In this document: in pieces, positions 1 to 12,803 of the stretch
How positions within the stretch are numbered: position 1 is the first letter of the stretch
Layout of the letters: every line of letters begins with the position of its first letter
Source: Adineta vaga
Lineage: Eukaryota > Animalia > Rotifera
Reading direction: 5' to 3'
Assembly: GCA_021613535.1 (NCBI GenBank)
Contig: CP075497.1
Span: 12,028,001 to 12,092,000, forward strand
DNA: 64,000 bases
Program-made: the position numbers and the translations under genes
The notes under the pieces: generated by a model
What the model was told of the DNA's origin: nothing
Seen by the model: the letters and a program-made list of their open reading frames with translations, nothing else
Database searches by the model: none

Positions 1-482
1 TCCATGTCCATAGGATATACATCTTATTCCACCTACACTCAAGTGCCGAACAGAAATCAAACTGCACAATTATAAAACAGCTTTCCCATTTCAAACATAG
101 CTCTATTGCAACTCCTCAACAAATGCAACAACTATCTGTGAAACCCACCGAATAAAATCAAATCAACTCTTTTATATTGTACCACGACTCAATACTAACC
201 TTCGCAAACTAACTATCAAAATACCAATCCAAAACCTTTCTAAATAAACAAGTATCATTACCTTGAGTACAGTAGTCCCCTCTCCGTCCGACAATTCGAA
301 CATTAACTCAGTAATAAACAGTCAAGCAATAACTTTTCTTTTCGCCCAAAGAATCCAAACCAAACACTATCTGAACTCTTTCACACACCACCAAGCATCT
401 TGTATAATGCTATATCTCGGTGAAAGATGTTAATCTAAATTTCGATTGCCTTACGCACATTTTCGAAATAAACATTCTATAC

Positions 483-965
483 ATAGACACTCACCACGCT
501 AAATCTCTGGGACAATCGAATCGGCGAACAAGGAGCACAACATATCGGTGATGCCTTGCGAAGAAACACAGTAATATCCATTCTCTCCACATACAATTGA
601 CAGACCCATGCTCTCTCTCTCTCGTTTATAGACACTCACCACACTAGATCTCTGGAACAATCGAATCGGCGAACAAGGAGCACAACATATCGGTGATGCC
701 TTGCGAATAAACACAGTAATATCCATTCTCTCTATATCTAATTGACAGATCCATGCTCTGTCTCGTCTATAGACACTCACCACACTAAATCTGAGGGATA
801 ATCAAATCGCCCATCAAGGAGCACAACATATCGGTGATGCCTTGCGAACAAACACAGTAATATCCATTCTCTCTACATACAATTGACAGACCCATGCTCT
901 CTCTCGTCTATAGACACTCACCACGCTTAATCTCGAGTGCAATCGAATCGGCAAACAAGGAGCAG
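483..965 (+). repeat. Tandem repeat, ~141-145 bp unit x ~3.4 (84-nt LRR exon + 57-61-nt intron)
   Basis: ATAGACACTCACCAC recurs four times and GGAGCACAACATATCGGTGATGCCTTGCGA...AACACAGTAATATCCATTCTCTC three times; length variation lies in the intronic (CT)n tract. Confidence 0.95.
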
Positions 966-1006
966 AATATCTTCGAAATATTTTAGGAAACAGGGTGATA
1001 TTCTAG
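487..1006 (+). CDS. 3' end of an RNI-like/NLRC3-like leucine-rich-repeat gene, one 28-aa LRR per exon (exons 487-570, 632-715, 773-856, 914-1006); 5' part not found in window
   Basis: Exons flanked by AG/GT in phase 0 translate to TLTTLNLWDNRIGEQGAQHIGDALRRNT, TLTTLDLWNNRIGEQGAQHIGDALRINT, TLTTLNLRDNQIAHQGAQHIGDALRTNT and TLTTLNLECNRIGKQGAEYLRNILGNRVIF*, matching the LxxLxLxxNxIxxxGAxxLxxAL consensus. Missed by the ORF track. Confidence 0.9.
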
Positions 1007-2820
1007 TTAGGGCTCAATTGACATTGTTTTGTAGCGCTTTTTTTAAGACTTTTTTTCGGACAAACTGATGAGGAAAAAAATGAATAAACAGTGTACTTCA
1101 AAGACGTATTATTCGCATGATAGCTTATTTTCTTTAAAACTCATGATTTCCGACTGTGAGAGGTGATCTTTCATCTAAGTTGTTTATTTGTGCATGTCGG
1201 GGAAACCAAAATCGCGTGTTTGAAATGCACTATAGTTTATCAGCTATGCGACAAGTTTGATGTGCATCATATCGCATCTTCTGAAACTGTTTACGCTCAA
1301 AATAATGTCTCCTTAGAAATTTTGAACAATGCAAAGGTTATGACGAATAAAAACAACCGTCGGCGCGTTTATAAGCCTTTGAATGAGTCCGCTGAACTTA
1401 TTCCCATCTCTTATCTATTGTGAACGATTGGGAAATTATTTCTCAAATATTATATCGTGATCAAAAACGTAGCAGAATATACATCCGAACTTTATTTTGA
1501 ATATTTCTCGTAATAGAGAGTTTAGTTTAATGTCTGAGTGCGTCGCAAATCTTTACTATATTTGGAACGCTAGAGAGTTGAGGTTGACGTCAAGATAAAG
1601 TGGATGACAAGTTTCACAATTTCATTTAGTTGCTTCTTGGATTTGACGTTCGATGGCTAATAATAGAAAGATGTTCTGTATTCGTACATTTTGCAACATA
1701 AAAAAGAAATTTTCAAAGAAAATTGCGCATCTCAGTCTTATCTAAGAAATGCGTAGAGACACAATGTAGGATATAAGTTGCATGTGGATGCAATTTCTGA
1801 TATATTCGAGTTTCAACGAAATGCTGCGAGATGCCTTTGTAAACACAAAGAGTGTTTCATGTTTATATAGTGACCGGTACTTATATTCCATTCGTATTCT
1901 CTCATTGACATCCACAGAATTACTAGAGTAGCAATGATTTGTGACCAATGAAGTCTTTCTATCTCGAGTTCACACATATTTCTTTTTGAATATATTTATC
2001 ATCGATGTCGATGAAACCGACTGTACTAGATTTTTTGAAGTTGTTCATGCTGTGCATTCAAATAACTACACATGATAATGAACATTTAGTTGTTGAATGT
2101 ACATCCATAACAATTTCTTTGTCTAGTATGACGATTTTGTTTATTTGAGAAATCCATATTAACTGCCTCCCTAAATCCATCGATTGTCATGAACATTCTT
2201 CTAAAATATACTATCGATGCATATATTATGGTATTTTTTTCATCGAATCGATGGGATATTGAAGAAGTATATAATTGTCATATTTACACTAAATGGAAAT
2301 TTTCTTTCATATGGTATTGGTTTTTTTACAAAAATAGAATTATATGTAACATTAATCGAGAAAAGGTGGCATCATTAATGATAAACTTTGTCTGGTTTGA
2401 TTTAATCAATTTTGATTGAAATATTCTAAATATATTTGTAAAAATTATCGAATTAATATTAAAGTCATCTATAACTTTTAAACAATTTCACAGCATCCAG
2501 ACAATGAGAGTTCAAATGAGTTTTGGATTATAACCATAATAAAAATGAAGACACTTTCAAGCTTCATTCGAAAAGGATCTTATAAATTTAAAAATAATCG
2601 ATTGTAAACGAATATTATCCATTGTCATACTTAGATAAATAACCATTGAATCCATAAAAAAAATTCAATGAATTCTTTTTCTTTATTTTTTAATACTTAA
2701 TGTTTCCAGATAAAAATTTATTGTGGAAGACTTTCATATTATTTCCCTTCCACACAATATGAGATCAATTGCCTCTACTTCCTGAAATATACACAATACG
2801 TTATGGCTTTCTGATATAGT

Positions 2821-3450
2821 TCAATCGAATATTTAATCATTGCTGATTCAATCTATTTTGATGAATCGATTTGTTTAATATCATACGTTCCACAATTTCG
2901 TTATTTATCAGCAAATTTGTTACGTCGATATGGTCGTACACAACCAAATTCATATGACATGTTGTTGGTTAATAATTTGACATATATTCATCTTTAAAAT
3001 TCAAATCTGAAGCAGTTGATATTTTTGAACATTTTGTTTTATCAATCATTTTCCTTCTATTGAAATTTTATTCATCACATCAAAAATTAGATGCACGAAA
3101 GCCAATAGATGGAAATAAGTATGATATCATCATATTTATCAAATTTACGTATTTTTTATGTTCGACTCGAAGGAATTGTAGATAATAATAATAATCGAAA
3201 AGTAACATTTGATGGACAAGTTCATTTATTTCAATCTGAATTTTGGTTTGAACGACAATGATTTTTTCGTTCTCAGATAGAAGAAATAGAATATGGCGAA
3301 TATATAAGATTACATAATAATGTTCTTTACTTTTTAGAAGAAAAGATTATGATTTACACAATGAAATAAGCCCGAAAATGAAAAATGACAAAAATGATGA
3401 ATCAATGCATGGATTGTTTTCCAAATATTACTAAACTTACTTTAAGAGAA
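2821..3450 (+). pseudogene. Decayed F-box/LRR-associated family gene fragment
   Basis: Reads SIEYLIIADSIYFDESICLISYVPQFRYLS...NNLTYIHL* and MISSYLSNLRIFYVRL...LFQSEFWFERQ*FF (TGA at 3259-3261 where the intact gene at 22790-24517 has FWIEEKQWF); stops and frameshifts present. Confidence 0.65.
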
Positions 3451-3805
3451 CCCTAGCACTCCCAAGTCTATTTTTAGCGATAAAAATTAGAATGCATTTT
3501 GAGAAGGATATTTTTTCTCTTTGCAACAAGTATCTGATTAAAACCAAATTGTTTTTACGTATCAAACACGCATTTTTTTCATATGAGGCAGTTTTATATC
3601 ATTCACGATGTCTTTCATACTTTCATCCATGAAAAAAAGGTTCCATTTGGATTCTGGTTGGTCGTTACAGGGTTAAGCAAAAATATATATTGTAAATTAA
3701 TTTTCTGTAGTATTTTCTTGATTTTCTTATGGCAAATCGAACTTGCTATTTCAATAGAATTATACATAGAAAATAGTCATATACAAATAGCTATAGTCTG
3801 GTTGA

Positions 3806-4999
3806 TCAACATGTCACGAATGGATCATGACGAAAAATTTTCTGTTGATGTACATATGACACTAATAAAACATAATTAGGAAGGAAAAGAAGATCGTATA
3901 TAATATTGAAAGAATTTAACGACATGTTCCATTCTCCAATTTCTATACCATTCGAATCGTAGATACGCAAACCAAATTATTAATAAACCAAATTCTTCCA
4001 CATTCATCTACTGTCAAATGAGAACCCCAAGCAGTTATTGAATTATTAACAAGTAATCGATGAGTCCATATGGAATTTTCATATTTACATGAAATAATAT
4101 ATTTATTAACCCATGTTGATACATATAAAAATGTATCATTCACCTTAGCAATACCATGGATACTTGAATATGGAAGTTCAATAAATCTCTACAGAGAAAA
4201 TTCAGTCATGAACTAATAGAAACACATTGAATGATTTTACTTGAAATGTATAATTTGTTAAAGAGTGAACATTGAAAAGAGTTAGAGATCGATTATCTTG
4301 AGTAGAAACTATCATTGTTTTTCTATCATTAATAAAGATAATTTTTCGAATTTGAGTTAAGGTGGGATAACTGATATTACCAAGATAAGTATTTGTTTGT
4401 CTATCTCTTATGTGTATTGTAGGTATTCCATTAACTGCTGTAAATGTATGATTATTATATGAAGTTATAGTTAACATAACGTTATTTGTAACACTTCGTA
4501 TAGTTGTCATATTCTGTGGATCGAACCAAAACAACGGGGACGAACCCCAACCAACAACAGCCACTTCTGATGGTATGTTCGGATCATAATTAAGTCCTCC
4601 TGGTTGAAAGGTGAGATCTATGGTGATTGCTATAGTATTTTTCAATCGAGAAAGCAGTTCAGTAATATTTGGCATACAACAACTACTATCATTAGGAAGT
4701 ATACTTTGAAGAAAATAGAGACGGCTTCCATTTGACGAAGTTAGTTGATACGACGAAGGAAAGTTTGAAAAAAATTGACATGTTTCATTGCTGAGACAAT
4801 TTAATGCAATAAAGTTCATTCTATTATACGTGATAAATTCTTCACATAGACAATCTTGACATGTACTATTGAAATAGGTAGTAACATTCGGATTTGACGT
4901 TCTAGTTGATTGTAGATAAACATCTTGGATGTAAGGAAAGGATATACCAGATGTTCCAATAATAAGAATAATAGAAAGAAAAATGTATGTCGTATACAT
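3806..4999 (-). CDS. Secreted protein with an N-terminal Cys-rich (PAN/Apple-like) domain and a beta-propeller-like region; intron 4240-4189; frameshift near 3980
   Basis: Signal peptide MYTTYIFLSIILIIGTSG and motif CQDCLC..ALNCLSNETCQFF; spliced exon 2 reads RFIELPYSSIHGIAKVNDTFLYVSTW..LTVDECGRIWF and continues in another frame as FGLRIYDSNG..HDPFVTC*. Confidence 0.7.
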
Positions 5000-5579
5000 A
5001 TTATGATAGTTTTAAATGAGAAATGATCCTGAGCATCTTTTGGAAGATCTAACGTTGACATAAATCGTGCATTTTTAACTAGACTGAAAAACAAGAAATA
5101 TTCATCATTAGTCAATATTCATTAACAAGCGTGTTTATTGATTTTTCCGCTCTATGCTAGATTTTGATTTACAATTTATAGCATATAGTTATGTGTCGCA
5201 AAATTATGTTTGTATATTTTTTAGTTTCTCATATCATTTGAGGGGAAAATATTTTCTTCTGAGTATTTGTTTAGAGAAATGTCATAAACTTATTAAAACT
5301 ACTAGACAGATCACATAAAACGTTTGAAAGTATAGTCATATTAACAGTTACTACCTATCTATAAATACAATTTGTTTGCATAACAATTACGAGACGAATA
5401 AATGCCGTAGAAAAACAGTAGTGAATTATCATTACAATGTCAAAATCGTTGATAAAATAACACAACATGATGATAATGCATTCTTTGTAGTGAAAGATAA
5501 ACGTACAAGATCTTAGTTAAATATGATATGGAGAAGAAAAGGAAAGAATAAATTCATAGTCTTATCAGAATAAAGAGAT

Positions 5580-8500
5580 ATGCCACGACAATCAAGTCGT
5601 TTTGACTGGGCTCATTCATCAATATTTCGTTCTTTTCATGTTCTATTTTGGTGGTGGCTCAATCCAATACTTTCTCTAGGTTATAAACGTGAATTAACAG
5701 ATGAAGATCTTGATGATCTCTCATCTTATGATCGCTGTTCGATATTATTAGATAAACTCAATTATTATAGTGATAATAACATTTGGTTAACAGATACAAC
5801 TACATGGTATATTATTTTACGAGCTTTTTGGAAACAATCTGTTTTTGTCATCTTTCTTCTAATACCATATAATGCAGCACGTGTTGCACAGCCACTTCTT
5901 CTTCGACAAATTGTATTATATATTGTCAATGAAAAGACTCAACCTGAACCGCCATCAACATCCATTCATGCATATATTGGATATCTCTATGCTTTAGGTT
6001 TATTTGCATGTTCAACATTACAAGCTTTTCTTCATCAACAAGCGTACTTTCGAACGACTCGTATGGGTATGCGTGTTCGTAATGCATTATCAGCAACAAT
6101 TTATCGACGTTTACTCTCATTGAGTACAGCATCGTTACAACAATCGACAACAGCTGCACAAACAATAAATTTAGTTGCAAATGATGCAAGTAAATTTGAA
6201 GAATTCTGTCAATATATGCATTATCTTTGGGAAGCACCAGTTCAAGCCATAATTGCATTTGGTTTAATCTGGTGGTCAATTGGAATATTACCAACATTAT
6301 TTGGTTATGGTGTTCTTCTTCTTTTGATACCTTTACAATTAGTATTTGGTCGACAATTTAGCCAATATCGTAAAACAACGATGGTTTGTGCAGATAAACG
6401 TGTTCAAGCTGTGAATGAATTAGTAAATGGATCGCAAATTGTCAAAATGTATAATTGGGAAAAATCAATGGAACAACGTGTTACGAATTTACGTCAACAT
6501 GAGTTAGCTAGTATTCTTCGTGCTAGTCGATTGCGTGCTGTTAATATGGGTTTATACTTTTCATCATTACCATTAATTTCTCTAGCAACTTTTGGTGGTT
6601 ATTGGTTGATGGGTTATGAACTGAAACCAGTAGATATTTTTACTGCTTTGACATTTTTTGGTTTGATACGAGTACCTGTTACAAATTATTTACCAGTTGC
6701 TATCGAACGTTTCGCTGAAATGTTAGCTGCTTCCAAACGCATTGATGCATTTATGCGATTAGCTAAATTAGAAGAACTTCCATCATCGACAACACACGCA
6801 GAAACAACAATCATATCAATGAATAATGCATCATTTCGATGGACAGAAACAAATTGTTTAACAAATCTTTCGATTAAGATTGAAAAAGGTTCATTGGTGG
6901 GTATTGTAGGACCTGTTGGAGCAGGTAAATCATCCTTATTATCTGCCATTTTAGGTGAAATGACGTTAACAAACGGTGATTCACAAGTCGTTGGTTCATT
7001 TGCTTATGCTGCACAAACTTCATGGATATTCGCTGATACTATTCGAGCAAATATCCTTCTTGGTAAATCATTTGATGAACAACGTTATAAAACTGTCATT
7101 CAAGCATGTTGTCTTGATACAGATTTTATTACATTTGGTGAAATTGGTGATTTAACGGTAGTTGGTGAGAAAGGTCTTAATGTTAGCGGTGGACAGAAAG
7201 CACGAATTGCCTTAGCTAGGGCATTGTATGTTGATGCTGATATTTATCTTTTAGATGATCCACTTGCTGCTGTTGATCAAGAAGTTGCTCGACGAATTTT
7301 TGATCAATGTATTGGACCGAATAGTTTATTAAAAAATAAAACACGTCTTCTTGTTACTCATCAAACACAATTTCTAATTGATTCAGTACAACAAATTATT
7401 TTCATACGAGATGGTCAAATTGATCCGAATGGACAGCTTGAAGACAATCAAGAAATTCAATCGACAATAAATGATCAAGAACAGGACGAACCATTATTAT
7501 TTGATCTATCAAAAACTACAACAGATAATAAATCAATTATTGCTAATGAAACAGCCGCTACTGGTGCTGTGACTTGGTCAGTATGGTATAAATTGTTTAC
7601 TTCAACTGTATTTGGTTGGTTTGCATTTGGTTTACTCATTATTATCATGCTTGTTGGTGAAGCAAGTTTTGACGTATCTAATCGTTGGTTGAGTTTATGG
7701 TCAGCAAAATCATTTCAAGAGCAACGATCATCAAATTCAATGTATACTTATTTAAGTTTAACATTAGGAACATTGATTATTGCTTTAATACGTGCGCAAT
7801 ATTATTTTTATTTAATTTTATCTGGTTCAAATCATTTACATAATCAAATGTTAAAAGGAATGTTATATACATCAATTCGATTTTTTGAAAGTAATCCAAG
7901 TGGAAGAATTTTGAATCGTGTTAGTAAAGATCAACAAGTTATTGATGAATTATTACCAATGACATTATTCGATGCTTTGCAATGTTTATTAATGACATTT
8001 GGTTCATTAGTTATTATTGGTATTGTTAATCCATGGGTTTTATTAATTTTGATTCCACTTTTACCTGCTTTTTGGTGGTTTCGTCGTTTTTATTTACGTT
8101 CAAGTCGTCAAATTAAACGATTAGAAAGTGTTACACGTAGTCCTGTTTATGCATTATTTTCTTCGTCATTAAATGGTGGATTAGCAACGATTCGAGCGTT
8201 CAATGTTCAAAATGATTTCATTGAATTATTTATCAATCGTGTTGATACTAATTCACGTGCCTTTTTTATCTTAATTGCAGCTGTACGTTGGTTTGGTCTA
8301 CGACTTGATTTAATGACATCAATACTTTCATTAATTACATCTGTATTAACAATTGCATTTCGTCATCAAATTGATCCAGCATCTGCAGCATTGAGTTTGA
8401 TGTATTGTATTAATTTAACAATGCTTTTTCAATGGGCTGTTAGACAATCGGCTGAAGCTGAAAATTATATGACAAGTGCAGAACGTATTCATGAATATGG

Positions 8501-9337
8501 ACAATTAATACCTGAAGAAAATAGTCAACAATTATTTGTTCAACCTCCTGAGAATTGGCCAAATGAAGGAATTATTGAATTTAAAAAATATTCAATGCGT
8601 TATCGAATGGAATTGGAACCAGTTCTCAATAATATTGATCTTCGTATTGAATCCAAAGAAAAAATGGGTATCATTGGTCGAACAGGTATATTCTATTTTT
8701 CATACATTGCAAAATCATTCTTATTAATATCATTGATTTAGGTGCAGGAAAATCTTCTCTTTTTCAAGCAATATTTCGTCTAATTGAGCAACAATCTACT
8801 AATGGTCAAATTCTCATTGATGGCATTGATATCAGTGCTATTTCTTTACATGATCTTCGTTCTCGATTAAGTGTTATTCCACAAACACCAATTCTTTTTG
8901 CTGGCACACTTCGCTTCAATTTAGATCCATTCGAACAATATACTGATGAACAATGTTTGCTTGCACTTGAATCAGTTCAACTAAAAGCAATTGTAACAAA
9001 CAATGTTGATGGTCTTCATCAATTAGTGTCAGAATCGGGTAGTAATTTTAGTGCTGGACAATGTCAATTGATATGTGTTGCACGTGCTATTTTAAAACAA
9101 AGTAAGATTTTAATGATTGATGAAGCAACAGCAAATGTAGATCGAATGACCGATTCATTGATTCAAAATGTGATCAAAGAGAAATTTCATAATCGAACGA
9201 TCTTAACCATTGCTCATCGATTGAATACTGTGGCAAAGAATGATCGAATTATGATATTACATCAAGGAGTAATAGTTGATATTGATATTCCACAGAATAT
9301 TCTATCAAAACATGGACTTATTCGAACAAGTGAATAA
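5580..9337 (+). CDS. ABCC4: ABC transporter subfamily C (MRP4-like); exons 5580-8685 and 8742-9337
   Basis: TMD-NBD-TMD-NBD without TMD0; Walker A GPVGAGKS and GRTG|AGKS (restored by removing intron 8686-8741); signatures VSGGQKAR and FSAGQCQL; Walker B LLDD and MIDE. Confidence 0.93.
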
Positions 9338-10070
9338 GCATGATTAAAAGACATCGTTTTTTTAATAGTAAAAATCGAAATTGTAACTTAAATTTTAGAT
9401 TTGAAAGCAAAACTATTGTGTTAGTATTGAGTAGAACGTTATTCTAGCAAATAAAACTTTCAATTTTCAATCAAAAAAATAAAAAACAATGCGAAAGTTG
9501 AACTCCATTTGCATGCAGATATGAGCTAACTTGATGATTTTCTTTATTTATAAGTCTGATTTATTCGTTCGATGAAACCGATTCGTTATTACATCTCTAA
9601 TATGTATCAATAGAATGAATGATTCTATCATTTATTGTCCTCAAAGACCTTCGATTCTATATATTTCAGACGAAGTATCACATACTTTCAGCATCCTATA
9701 AATATCGAAAGAGTTGAAAAGAACATCATTCTTATGGAACACGCACATATCAACGGTAGTCGAATTTCAATTATCGACTCAGTAGGTAAGATCATCTTCT
9801 TAATTTGTCTATAGATTCATCAATGTAGATGTTTCTTTGAGAAAAATGTTGAAGTTAAGTCAGTAAAAGTTATTTTAGAAATGTACATTTATGATAGTCC
9901 TATATTTATCCATTGTTTTCAATAAAAGAAAATGAAGTTAACATATACTGCCACACATCATGCTGTTTTTTACATTGTCTTTTCCGAATATAAATAAGTC
10001 GATCGACGTTTATTTATGTCATATGTACTTTTCGAACATTTTCTTACATATTCCACAAAAAATTCAAATC

Positions 10071-10477
10071 ATGAACCAAAATGAAGGTAATACACAAGGT
10101 GGTATTGGTCCATATCAACGAACACCCGCAAACTATGCTGGAGGTCCTGATCCACATGCTAACAGTACAATCACTTTATACGCTCAAAAGTAAGTGTTCT
10201 AGTCAATTAAAGTGTCATTTGTATATTGAATTTCAGTGGCCAAACGACTACCGATGCTAATGGTGCCATATCTGATGATGATCGTCAATGGTTAGCTAAC
10301 AATGGTGGTGCATAACCTATTTCACAAATTCCAACTGCTGATAAAGCATTAGTTGGAACAGGTACAGGAGCAGCTGCTCATATGATCGGTGATACAATTC
10401 ACATAGGAACGAAACCATTAGACACTCGTCAACCCGGATCGTACAATCCAAATACAGGCGCCGTTAATATTCAATAA
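10071..10477 (+). pseudogene. Small G/T/N/Q-rich protein gene (~119 codons, intron 10190-10236) with one internal TAA at 10313-10315
   Basis: Spliced frame MNQNEGNTQGGIGPYQRTPANYAGG..QN|GQTTTDANG..NNGGA*PISQIPTADKALVGTGTGAAAH..GAVNIQ*; coding-like composition on both sides of the stop; GTAAGT/TTTCAG sites. Confidence 0.6.
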
Positions 10478-12064
10478 ACTGATCCGATTTATGCATCTTT
10501 TCGTTTCCAAATTGCTTTATTAACTTTTATTGTTATTATTTTATGTAAACGTATTGATGTAAATCTTATTTGTAATATTCTAGCAAATATAAACCTATAT
10601 TTCAAATCAAACGAGAAGTGTTCTTTTCAATTAACAAATCTAAGCATAGTTTTCGATAAGATTCTGTCATGCTAGTTTGGTTCGAAAAAATTTACTACGT
10701 TAACTGTAGAAAAACAAATATTCGCAATATTAACTTATGTCTATGAAGATAAGTGTTATGTCATCTTTTTCATAGTTAGATAAGTGTTCAGAGTACGATG
10801 ATTTCTTCCAGAAACAGGCACTTTTTGTCTTCCAGCAATATTGTCTGTAGAAAAATGAAGCATGATCAATGATGATCATGACACTATGTAATTTATTCAT
10901 GATTAATAAAGATGTGAAATGACATATTGTGGCAGAAATAAGAGCATATACCTTCCAACGTAAGAATTGATGTATATTCTCAAGTGTCACAATTCTAAAG
11001 GTTGAGTCAGTAAGATATATTTCTTAATTATATGTTTATTGACTGAGAATGTTTGCTACAAAAGTGTTTTATTTGATGTTTCATAAAGAATTGATAGATA
11101 AATAGAAAGCTTTTAGTGGTTTTCCCGATTTTCTTATTATCTTTTATAAATAAAAAGCAAATACATCTTTCAATGGAGTTATATCCGTCAAGTAACTTCT
11201 GTCTTCCTTTTTTTAAATACTTCACGGTGCATTTTATCTTATCGAATTAATCTTGCCGTCATAAACAACTTTCACCTTGACTTCTATGTGACATATCAAT
11301 GCGTCATGTGAAGAAATTGAAGAAGGTATAGTTTAATTGATCTTTCATCAGAACATTGCGTGTTATTCTCTTCTATAGAATAGATCAATAATTGAAATCT
11401 TCATATAAATCCTTTATCGATCTTCATCTCAATTAATATAGTGTGGATTTATAATGAGTTAGTTGCTAAACTTGTTAGCATGTATTTCGAATCATTTCTT
11501 TCAATAACAAGAAAAAAACGTAGCTGACATGAATTCTAGATTTTATTTATGTGGTATAGTATATTGCCTATTTAGTCAGTGAAGCAAGATTTTCCTTGAT
11601 AATAAATAGGTGGGTGGAGTTGAATGTAGGCGTACTACTATAGACACATTTCTTCCGTTCCATTGGATGAAAAGAATAACGAGAAAAAGCAAGGACTTTA
11701 GTAAAAAAGGAAAGAAAAGAAGAACGTTGAACGCACGCAAAGCTATTATTCCATGAAAAAAAAACATAGAAAGAAAAGAATGTGGGCGAAGAAAAACTCA
11801 CGAATGAAAGAGAGAGAGAGAGAAAAGTGACGATCTTCTTCCTTTTTTTTCTTCTTCTTTCTCGTAGATTTTCCGTAGTAGAAAAAGAAAACATATTATT
11901 TCCTCTTTTTCTTTCGGCTAGAATCCTTGAAAGACACAATTCATGAGTATTACGTATCACGAAAGTTGGATATAGGTACACGTATTTCTAATTAGTCAAC
12001 AACAAACAGAAAAGACTCGCCTAATCATTTATTAGTAAGTGTTTATTGCTAATAGAAACGAAAG

Positions 12065-12803
12065 ATGTCCGTTTGTTTTTCTAGTAATCATTGTTCATAT
12101 AAATTAATAATGGATGTTGGAGTTGGATGTATGAGATATTTTGGTATTCGATCTTATCTTGATAATTTCTATGATCGACAAGGTGATAATGAATCGAGAA
12201 GAGATGTTCAGCATAGGTAAATTGAATTCTACAATTGGAATGAGTAGATTATGATTGAAGTGTATTTTAGATATTCAAATTCCTCTACACGTCCACGATT
12301 TTCTAGTCGATGGTGGAAAATAATCCTTTGGATTGGTACATTATTAGTACTTCTAGGATTTTTTCTACTTCTAATCAGTTTTATTCTTCCACGAAAAAAA
12401 ATTAATGTCGATGAAACCTCATCTAGTGATTCGCCTGTCATGATTGTTGATCGACAAGCACTTGATTATAATGCTAAATTAGATAAAAGTCATTTAATAG
12501 GAATATCTTTAGTTGTAGCTGGAGGAATTCTCTTTACGTTCTCACTTCTAATGCCTACATTTTGTCACATGTGGTTTGCAAGTGCAGATACAAATGATGA
12601 AACAGATCCTTTAAAAGTATTTGAAAATCGTTCATTTCTTTTTTCGTAATTCTCTCTTTTTCATGATTTAGTTACGAATGGAAGTTTCAAATAGTGAACA
12701 AAGCATTCCTGTACGAAGTGTACCGAAATCTGTTCAACCATCTTGTCGTAAGAATGAATCAAGAATAACAACAGATGGAATTGTGCCAATAACATCACCT
12801 TGA
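12065..12803 (+). CDS. NRSN1: Neurensin-family membrane protein (introns 12217-12270, 12617-12671)
   Basis: FGIRSYLDNFYD resembles neurensin GVRSYLHQFYE; two hydrophobic segments joined by IVDRQALDYNAKLD. The start could be the ATG at ~12109. Confidence 0.8.

Noticed and set aside
1-486. Strongly G-poor plus-strand stretch, possible retroelement or exon
   Set aside because: No sustained reading frame or recognisable motif; most simply intron sequence of the LRR gene.
483-965. CRISPR-like or non-coding satellite interpretation of the tandem repeat, and ORF 499-783 (-)
   Set aside because: There are no unique spacers; units are explained by GT-AG-bounded LRR exons on the plus strand, and the minus ORF is a shadow.
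1742-2420. Coding-like fragments on the minus strand
   Set aside because: Too degraded to assign a family or boundaries.
10730-11260. Possible MULE/FLYWCH transposase remnant (KKGRQKLLDGY)
   Set aside because: Only one short motif; no TIRs or catalytic domain found.
11568-11981. 137-aa ORF and similar low-complexity or antisense ORFs in the track
   Set aside because: They derive from GA/T-rich promoter sequence or lie opposite real exons; no protein-like features.
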